DNA of 64,000 bases from an uncultured Thermoplasmata archaeon (lineage in GTDB: Archaea > Thermoplasmatota > Thermoplasmata > RBG-16-68-12), in NCBI GenBank assembly GCA_963768855.1, contig CAVYJM010000006.1, forward strand, positions 544,001 through 608,000, in the 5' to 3' direction. Both the position numbers and the translations under genes were made by a program. Shown in pieces: positions 57,458 through 64,000 of this stretch (the first letter of the stretch is position 1; each line of letters opens with the position of its first letter). Below the pieces are notes generated by a model. The model saw only the letters and a list, made by a program, of their open reading frames with translations, was not told where the DNA came from and did not search any database.

Positions 57458-57755
57458 GTCAGCTCACCACCGCAGGATGGCGATCAGGTTCCGGAGTGCA
57501 GTGTGTCGGTATATAAGGGGTGCCTCGAAGAAATCAATCGCGAGAACGTAGGTGTCCCTCCGGGGGTCCGAGCCTTTCGGAAGCCCGCAATCAGGTCTCC
57601 CTCCAACGCCCTCCGCGGGCGTTCTTGGAGGCTCCGCGGGGGTCGCGCCCGTCCCCTCATTGTCAAAGCCTGTCAGACAAACGAAAGACAGAAATAGCGT
57701 CATCGTCGTACACGCGTCAGCACGCCTCCGGTGGAGGCGACCAAGGGATGGGAAT

Positions 57756-57980
57756 ATGCCTGCACTCCGGGAAATCTCGTTCGATGACGCTCGGAAGATT
57801 GCGGCCGACCACGGCCTGCAACCGAGCAAAGTGAAGGGAACGAACACGCTTCGGTTCTCCAAGACCCCGAGCGACAAGCTCCAGGTCATCACGTGGGACG
57901 AGTTTCAGCAGACGGCGACGACCCGCGGCCTCGCGGTCTACGAGTCGGCCGGCTGGATGAAGCTCATGAAGAAGCCGTAG
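57756..57980 (+). CDS. Small hypothetical protein (74 aa)
   Basis: MPALREISFDDARKIAADHGLQPSKVKGTNTLRF...ITWDEF...LAVY; normal codon bias from ATG 57756. Confidence 0.7.
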   Translation: MPALREISFDDARKIAADHGLQPSKVKGTNTLRFSKTPSDKLQVITWDEFQQTATTRGLAVYESAGWMKLMKKP

Positions 57981-58012
57981 ACCGCCGCGTCCGCCATCGT
58001 TCAGGGAAGCCC

Positions 58013-58654
58013 ATGGTCGACGTCGCGTTCGCAGCGACCGCCATGGCCTCCATCTTCGCCATTGTCGACCCCCTTGGGGTCATCCCCTTCTTCTCCGTCC
58101 TCACGGAGGACATGACCACCGCCCAGAAGCGCGACGTGATTTCGAAGAGTTGCCTCGTCGCCACGGCGACGCTCGGCGTGTTCGCCGTCTTCGGCCAATG
58201 GATCTTTGACGCCTTCGGGTTCACCGTGCCCGCCTTCGAGATCGCGGGCGGCATCCTGCTGTTCGGGGTCGCGTTCGAGATGCTCCACGGCGAGCGCCCG
58301 CGGACGAAGATGACGGAGTCCGAGCGGACGGAGACGCTCGAGCGCGAGGACGTCGGCGTCATCCCCCTCGGGATCCCCCTCCTCGCAGGACCCGGGGCCA
58401 TCACGACGGTGATGATCTACATGACCCACCCGGTCGCCGACCCGGTCGACAAGATGTTCATCTTCGCCGGCATCCTGGTGGCCGTCCTGACCACGTTCTT
58501 CCTCATGCACTACGCGGACCGCATCTTCAAGCGGGTCGGCCGCACCGGGACGAAGGTGATCGGCCGCATCATGGGCCTCCTGCTGGCCGCGATTGCGGTC
58601 CAGTTCATCATCAACGGCGTCCTCGGGACCGCGCGGCTGAACGGGCTGCTCTGA
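58013..58654 (+). CDS. MarC-family membrane protein
   Basis: IVDPLG.IP.F, FEIAGGILLF, PLGIPLLAGPGAIT, GRIMGLLLAAIAVQ. Confidence 0.95.
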   Translation: MVDVAFAATAMASIFAIVDPLGVIPFFSVLTEDMTTAQKRDVISKSCLVATATLGVFAVFGQWIFDAFGFTVPAFEIAGGILLFGVAFEMLHGERPRTKMTESERTETLEREDVGVIPLGIPLLAGPGAITTVMIYMTHPVADPVDKMFIFAGILVAVLTTFFLMHYADRIFKRVGRTGTKVIGRIMGLLLAAIAVQFIINGVLGTARLNGLL

Positions 58655-58700
58655 CGGCTCGGGCCAACACCTTTTATCCGCCGCCCCGCATCCCCGGCCC

Positions 58701-60041
58701 ATGAGCCTGGAGGAGTCCGTCCTCGCCCGGATCCGTCCGACGCCCGAGGAGGAGGCCAAGCTCGAGGCGATGGTCCGGGACCTCATGGCGGCCGTCCAGG
58801 CGGCCCTCGCGGCGAAGGGGTGGGAGGCGAAGCCGTTCCTGTCCGGGTCCGTGGCAAAAGGGACCCATCTCACGGGCGCCGACGTCGACCTGTTCGTCGC
58901 CTTCCCGCCGGACCTGCCGCGTGAGGATCTCGAGAAGCGCGGGCTCGCCCTCGGCGAGCTCCTCGAGCGCGGCGCCCACATGTACGCGGAGCATCCCTAC
59001 ACGCGGGGATTCTACCGCGGCTTCACGGTCGAGATCGTCCCCTGCTACCGGATCACGGACGCGAGCCAGCGCATGAGCGCGGTCGACCGGACCCCGCTCC
59101 ACGTGGACTACGTCCTCGGCCACCTCGACGGGCAGCAGGCGGACGAGATCCGCCTCCTGAAGGCGTGGTCCGAGGGCACCGGGGTCTACGGGGCGGAGGC
59201 GAAGATCCGAGGGTTCAGCGGATACCTGTGCGAGCTCCTCGTCCTGAAGTACGGCTCCTTCCGCGGGGTGCTCGAGGCGAGCCTCGGATGGCGCCGCGGG
59301 GGCGTGATCGAGCTCGATCGACCCGCCGGCCGCACGTTCGACGAGCCCCTCGTCCTGGTCGATCCCGTCGACCCGAACCGCAACGTTGCGAGCGCGGTCT
59401 CCCTGGAGCAGATGGCCTCCTTCGTCCACGCCGCGCGGGAGTACCTGCGGGAACCGGGAGAGCTCTTCTTCTTCCCGAAGCCCCTGAAGTCGCTCTCCAT
59501 CTCGCGCCTCCGCGCGATCGCGAAGCGCCGCGGCGGCCATCTCCTCGCGATCGCGATCCGCGCGCCGGACGTGACGGAGGACGTCCTCTATCCCCAGTTG
59601 CGGAAGGCCCATCGGGCGTTCCAGGAGCTGTTCGAGCGCGAAGGGTTCGCGGTGCACGACTCCCGCTTCGACCTCGCGGGGAGCGAGGCCTTGTTCCTGT
59701 TCGAGTTCGCCATCGCGGCCCTTCCGCGCGTCCAGCGCCATGAGGGCCCGCCGGTGTGGGTGAAGAACGCGAAGGAGTTCCTCGAGAAGTGGCGCGACGA
59801 CCCGCGGCGGCTCGCCGGTCCGTTCATCGTCCAGGAACGCTGGACCGTGGACGTCGCGAGGCCGTTCGTGGATCCCGCCTCCCTGGTCAAGGCCTCCTGG
59901 CGCTCCCTGAGCCTGGGCAAGGACCTCGAGAAGATGGCCCGACGCCCGCCCCGGGTCCTCTCGGGGACCGCCTCGTTGCGCGCGAGCTATGCGGAGGCCT
60001 GGACGAGGCTGTTCGACAAGCGCTTCCCCTGGCAGCGCTGA
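58701..60041 (+). CDS. cca: Archaeal class I CCA tRNA nucleotidyltransferase
   Basis: SGSVAKGT.L...DVDLF, YAEHPY, SAVDRTPLH, GFSGYLCELL..KYGSF, DPVDPNRNVASA. Confidence 0.95.
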   Translation: MSLEESVLARIRPTPEEEAKLEAMVRDLMAAVQAALAAKGWEAKPFLSGSVAKGTHLTGADVDLFVAFPPDLPREDLEKRGLALGELLERGAHMYAEHPYTRGFYRGFTVEIVPCYRITDASQRMSAVDRTPLHVDYVLGHLDGQQADEIRLLKAWSEGTGVYGAEAKIRGFSGYLCELLVLKYGSFRGVLEASLGWRRGGVIELDRPAGRTFDEPLVLVDPVDPNRNVASAVSLEQMASFVHAAREYLREPGELFFFPKPLKSLSISRLRAIAKRRGGHLLAIAIRAPDVTEDVLYPQLRKAHRAFQELFEREGFAVHDSRFDLAGSEALFLFEFAIAALPRVQRHEGPPVWVKNAKEFLEKWRDDPRRLAGPFIVQERWTVDVARPFVDPASLVKASWRSLSLGKDLEKMARRPPRVLSGTASLRASYAEAWTRLFDKRFPWQR

Positions 60042-60042
60042 C

Positions 60043-60786
60043 TCACGCCGTGACGATGTCGAGGGACGCCGTCGTGGACAGGCCGGCCGAGTCGGTCGCC
60101 GTGATCGTGACGTGGAACGGGCTGCCCGTATTGGAGAAAGCGACCGCGTAGGTGTCCGGCATGTACACGGTGAGCGTGCTACCCACGCAGGCGTCCGGCT
60201 CGTTGGCGACGGGGATGGCTGTCAGGTTCTCACTGCCGCGCCTGACCTGGACGTCCCTCACCACGGCGTTGTCCGTCGCGCGGAAGATCAGGTAGACCGT
60301 CTGATTTCCTGAGCCCGGGACGGTCACGGTCGCCCCCGGCGTGCCGGCGTAGCAGTACATCGAGGCAGGGGCGGGGACCGTCAGATTCCCGCCCGGGTCG
60401 AACGTCCCCACCTGGAACGAGCCGATCTCCGGGTACGTGTGGTCCCCGAAGGGCGCGTTCAGCAGGATGATGGAGAACGCGAGGAAGCTGAAGAAGTACA
60501 CCATCGCGTGGCTCGCCCAGTCTCGGCGCTTGAATCCGTGGATGGGCAGTCCCAGCATCGGGAGCACGAAGTACAGCGCGGCGAACACGAGGAGCCCGAG
60601 CAGGAACCCGACCGGGGCCAGGTCGAACGCGTAGAACAAGTAGGCGAGGATTGCCCCGACGACGGCCCACGCGATGACCACGAGGGAAATCTTGGCGTTC
60701 TCGATCTCCTTCCGCATGTAGCCGACTTCGTCGAACTCCGGGGGCTCCCAGACGGGGACCTCCTCCTTGCGCTTCCGACGGGCCAC
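60043..60786 (-). CDS. Hypothetical membrane protein (3 TM helices plus a C-terminal beta-rich domain)
   Basis: Charged N-terminus PPEFDEVGYMRKEI, three hydrophobic segments, then a Thr/Val-rich domain. Confidence 0.75.
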   Translation of the reverse strand: MARRKRKEEVPVWEPPEFDEVGYMRKEIENAKISLVVIAWAVVGAILAYLFYAFDLAPVGFLLGLLVFAALYFVLPMLGLPIHGFKRRDWASHAMVYFFSFLAFSIILLNAPFGDHTYPEIGSFQVGTFDPGGNLTVPAPASMYCYAGTPGATVTVPGSGNQTVYLIFRATDNAVVRDVQVRRGSENLTAIPVANEPDACVGSTLTVYMPDTYAVAFSNTGSPFHVTITATDSAGLSTTASLDIVTA

Positions 60787-60828
60787 GAGCGGTCCGATAC
60801 AGGGGTCCGCTATATAGGTTGCTCCGAA

Positions 60829-61587
60829 CTACGTTCCAGGAGGCGCGCGCGGCATCTGCGAACGGAGCCGGGCGATCTCGATCTGGAACTGCCGGATCGA
60901 GATGAACATCGCGCCGAGGAGCAACCCGCCCACGAAACCCCCGGGCACACCGGTCAGGATCCGCATCAGGTTCGTCGACTCATAATGCGTCACGTCCGAG
61001 AAGAGCTGGTAGAACCCGTCGATCGCGACGGGCAGCAGCCCGACGACCACGATCAGCGCGCCGGCGCGGTCCGCGCTGAACCGGGCGAGGCGCTTCTGCA
61101 CCCAACGGGGCATCGCATTGAGCATGACCCGGCTCGCGGAGGTCGACGGCTCCGCGAACGCCGCGGCGACCAGCCCGAAGTTCGCGAAGATGTACATGGA
61201 GGTCATCCGCGCGCACATCGGCATCTGGTTCCCATTGATGTACAGAGAGCGATACCAGAGCTCGTGGCACTGGATGTCGCCGAACGTGTAGACGGCCCTC
61301 GGGTAGAACCACATCGTCTGCCAGATGGGCTCGTAGTTGAGCTGGTTCGCGCCGCCGAGGTGGTATGCGACGAGGGGGTACTGGCTGTACGGCCAGGCGA
61401 AGGTCCCGGGCGCGAGGATGGCAGGCGCGATGAAGAACGACGCGCACCAGATTAGGTTGAGGAGCAGCAGACCGAAGAGCGGCTTGCTCCACACGAGGCG
61501 CTGCCACGCCCAGGACGCCACGGGCTGCTCACCGTGCCTTGCGAAGATAAACGTTTGCCGGGAGCCGCCCCTCGGTTCGTCCTGCAC
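60829..61587 (-). CDS. DUF2085-family membrane protein
   Basis: CHELWYRS...QMPMCARMTSMY, P.AIDG..Q, TN..RILTG; start may be GTG 61521. Confidence 0.8.
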   Translation of the reverse strand: MQDEPRGGSRQTFIFARHGEQPVASWAWQRLVWSKPLFGLLLLNLIWCASFFIAPAILAPGTFAWPYSQYPLVAYHLGGANQLNYEPIWQTMWFYPRAVYTFGDIQCHELWYRSLYINGNQMPMCARMTSMYIFANFGLVAAAFAEPSTSASRVMLNAMPRWVQKRLARFSADRAGALIVVVGLLPVAIDGFYQLFSDVTHYESTNLMRILTGVPGGFVGGLLLGAMFISIRQFQIEIARLRSQMPRAPPGT

Positions 61588-61623
61588 CCGACGGTCGGTG
61601 GATGGGACGGTCTCCCGTGCATG

Positions 61624-61770
61624 TCACTTCGCGAACTTGGCGGGATTCCGATCGAACGTGGCCTTGCAGTTGGCGTTGCAGAAGTAGTACGTCTTCCCCT
61701 GGTACGCCGACGTGCCCGCGGCCCGCTTCTCGTCGACCATCATGCCGCACACCGGATCCTTGGCTGCCAT
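61624..61770 (-). CDS. YHS/TRASH-domain metallochaperone (48 aa)
   Basis: Below the track cutoff; manual translation MAAKDPVCGMMVDEKRAAGTSAYQGKTYYFCNANCKATFDRNPAKFAK; GAGGTGA RBS. Confidence 0.9.
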   Translation of the reverse strand: MAAKDPVCGMMVDEKRAAGTSAYQGKTYYFCNANCKATFDRNPAKFAK

Positions 61771-61813
61771 CTTTCACCTCCTGGCCATCCGACCTCATAG
61801 GGATTGTGCATTC

Positions 61814-63916
61814 TCAGACCTGCGGCCGGAAGCGCCGCAGGGCCATCGAGTTCGCGACCACGCTGACCGATGAGAAGCCCATGGCCGCCCCCGCGTAGAT
61901 CGGGTCGAGCAGGATCCCGAACGCGATGTACAGGAGGCCTGCCGCGAGCGGGATGAGCGCGGTGTTGTAGCCGAACGCCCAGAAGAGGTTCTGGCGGATC
62001 TTGCTCACCGTCTTCCGGCTGAGCTGGATGGAGGCCACGACATCCCGCAGGTCGTCCTTGATCAGGACGATGCCGCCCGCCTCCATCGCCACGTCCGTCC
62101 CGCTCCCGAGCGCGATGCCGACGTCGCTCTGCGCCAGCGCGGGGGCGTCGTTGATCCCGTCTCCGACCATGGCCACGATCCGCCCCTTCGCTTGGAGCTC
62201 CTTGATCTTCGCCGCCTTCTGTCCCGGAAGGACCTCAGCGATGACCTGGTCGATTCCCGCCTGGCGGCCGATCGCCTCGCCCGTCGCCCGGTTGTCGCCG
62301 GTCAGCAGAACGACCTCGATCCCCATCGTTTTCAACGCTCGGACCGCGTCCGCAGAATGTTCCTTCAACGTGTCGGCGAGGGCCACGATGCCCGCGAGTT
62401 TCCCGTCCACGGCGAGGAGCACGGCGGTCTTCCCGCCGGACTGAAGCTTCTCGAGCGTCGCGGAAGCGGACTCGGTGGGGACCGATGCCTCGGCCATGAG
62501 GGTCCGGTTTCCAAGCAGGATCGTCCGACCATCCAGGACGGCTCGGAGTCCCCGCCCGGGCAGTTCCTCCGTACGTTCGCATTCGCTCACGGCGAGCTTG
62601 CGCTCCGAGGCCGCTCGTACCACGGCCTGGGCCAGCGGATGCTGGGAGCCCGTCTCCGCCGACGCGGCCAGCCGCAGGACCTCCGCTTCAGTCAAGCCGC
62701 CCAGGGGGACCACGTCCGTCACGGAGGGGGTCCCCTTCGTGAGCGTCCCCGTCTTGTCGAACACCACGGTCGTGAGCTTGTGGGCCTTCTCGAGGTACTC
62801 GCCTCCCTTGATCAGGAGGCCGTTCTCCGCGCCCTTCCCCGTGCCCACCATGATCGCTGCGGGAGTTGCCAGGCCGAGGGCGCAGGGGCACGCGATGATG
62901 ATCACCGCGATGAAGATGGTAAGGGCGAAGGGGACTGGTTTCCCGAAGGCCAGGAGCCAGGCGAGGGCCGAGACGGTCGCGATCGTGATGACCGCAGGCA
63001 CGAAGACGGCGGCCACCCGATCCGCGAGCCGCTGGATCGGAGCACGCGAGACCTGCGCGTCCTCGACGAGCTTGATGATCTGGTTGAGGGTCGTGTCCGC
63101 GCCCACCTTGGCGGCTCGGGCCCGCAGCGCGCCCGACTTGTTGATCGTGGCGCCGATGATCGTGTCGCCGGCCTTCTTCTCGACCGGGATGGACTCGCCC
63201 GTGATCATCGACTCGTCCAGCGCGGAGAAGCCGTCCAGGATCACCCCGTCCACGGGCACCCGTTCTCCGGGGCGCACACGGAAGACGTCGTCCACCTGGA
63301 CGAGTTCAACGGCGATTTCCTCCTCCTTCCCGTCGCGGAGGACGTGGGCCGTCCTCGGGGCGAGGTCCATGAGCTTCCGGATCGCGTCGCCCGCGCGCCC
63401 CTTCGCGATCTCCTCGAAGTACTTACCCAACAGGATGAGCCCGATGATGGCGGCGGCGGTGTCGTAGTACGTGGCGGGGTTCGCGACGGGGACGCCCACA
63501 TACGGGAGGAACGTCACGAGCGTGCTGTAGATCCAGGCCGCAGAGGTACCCATCGCGATGAGCACGTCCATGTTCGCGCTCCGATTGCGGAGCGCGTCCC
63601 ATGTGCCCCGGTAGAAGCGCCACCCTGCGATGAACTGGACAGGTGTGGCCAGGGCGAAGAACACCAGGTTCGCGGGTTCTGCCAGACCGACAAGCCACCA
63701 TCCGAGCCCCATCCCGAAGGCGAGGACCGCCATGGGGAGGCCGATGCTCAGGCTGAAGGCCGAGAGCCGCTTGAGTCGCCGGATCTCCTTGTCCGGCGCG
63801 GTGAACGTCTCGAGGCAGGTCTCCGAGCAGAAGTAGTACGTCCGGCCGCGGACGACCGCCGTCAACGTAGACGTGCGCTCGTCCACATACATGCCGCAGA
63901 CCGGATCCGTCGCCAT
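61814..63916 (-). CDS. copA: Cu(I)-translocating P1B-type ATPase with an N-terminal YHS/TRASH domain
   Basis: DPVCGM...YYFCSETC; ITGES, IACPCALGLATP, DKTGT, HP, GDGIND, FGYN, P..AGAAMGFSS. Confidence 0.95.
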   Translation of the reverse strand: MATDPVCGMYVDERTSTLTAVVRGRTYYFCSETCLETFTAPDKEIRRLKRLSAFSLSIGLPMAVLAFGMGLGWWLVGLAEPANLVFFALATPVQFIAGWRFYRGTWDALRNRSANMDVLIAMGTSAAWIYSTLVTFLPYVGVPVANPATYYDTAAAIIGLILLGKYFEEIAKGRAGDAIRKLMDLAPRTAHVLRDGKEEEIAVELVQVDDVFRVRPGERVPVDGVILDGFSALDESMITGESIPVEKKAGDTIIGATINKSGALRARAAKVGADTTLNQIIKLVEDAQVSRAPIQRLADRVAAVFVPAVITIATVSALAWLLAFGKPVPFALTIFIAVIIIACPCALGLATPAAIMVGTGKGAENGLLIKGGEYLEKAHKLTTVVFDKTGTLTKGTPSVTDVVPLGGLTEAEVLRLAASAETGSQHPLAQAVVRAASERKLAVSECERTEELPGRGLRAVLDGRTILLGNRTLMAEASVPTESASATLEKLQSGGKTAVLLAVDGKLAGIVALADTLKEHSADAVRALKTMGIEVVLLTGDNRATGEAIGRQAGIDQVIAEVLPGQKAAKIKELQAKGRIVAMVGDGINDAPALAQSDVGIALGSGTDVAMEAGGIVLIKDDLRDVVASIQLSRKTVSKIRQNLFWAFGYNTALIPLAAGLLYIAFGILLDPIYAGAAMGFSSVSVVANSMALRRFRPQV

Positions 63917-63982
63917 CGTTCACCTGCTCGGGGTCCCGTGCGGACCAGGGCATCCATGCGGTCCCTTCGTCATCCCCATTGC

Positions 63983-64000
63983 GCTTAACATTTGTAAAGC
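63983..64000. promoter_or_regulatory. Palindrome upstream of copA resembling a cop box
   Basis: GCTTAACA-TT-TGTAAAGC; core AACAnnTGTA versus the TACAnnTGTA cop-box consensus. Confidence 0.4.

Noticed and set aside
57685-57700. ACAGAAA resembling an RNase P RNA conserved region
   Set aside because: The other universal elements (GAGGAAAGTCC-like CR I and the 3' CR V) are absent on both strands.

Overview
A GC-rich archaeal chromosome segment. The standalone 16S rRNA gene, TFB, eL41, class I CCA-adding enzyme, intron-containing tRNA-Trp and split MetE point to Thermoplasmata; a soil/sediment lineage such as RBG-16-68-12 is a guess, not shown. The window is gene-dense, with no integrase, transposase, CRISPR array or prophage visible. 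In order it holds: a partial radical-SAM tRNA methylthiotransferase; an O-methyltransferase, a Nudix-HAD fusion and an ALDH; an amber-interrupted ABM gene; divergent class II and class I fumarases; TFB; a 2-oxoacid:ferredoxin oxidoreductase; TrmB; a GlcD-like oxidoreductase; an orphan nuoB plus ferredoxin-extended nuoI pair; split MetE; a SUF Fe-S cluster region followed by CysM, a JAMM peptidase and a Ubl-E1-rhodanese fusion; tRNA-Ser; trehalose TPSP; an unlinked 16S rRNA gene; a P2-like ATPase; eL41; tRNA-Trp with a C/D-box intron; two paralogous long coiled-coil proteins bracketing a copper/oxidase island (Zn-finger-thioredoxin, VKOR, heme A synthase, ZIP-like transporter, tandem cupredoxin, divergent coxB/coxA); then the CCA enzyme, a YHS protein and CopA. 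The strongest leads are the coiled-coil paralog pair (differing by an exact 5-heptad indel), the ubiquitin-like polyprotein cysteine pathway, the nuoB/nuoI-ferredoxin module and the tandem blue-copper/A2 oxidase island. All assignments come from motifs read by eye; no database searches were run. Where a start differs from the ORF track, I chose it from RBS position and homology expectations.
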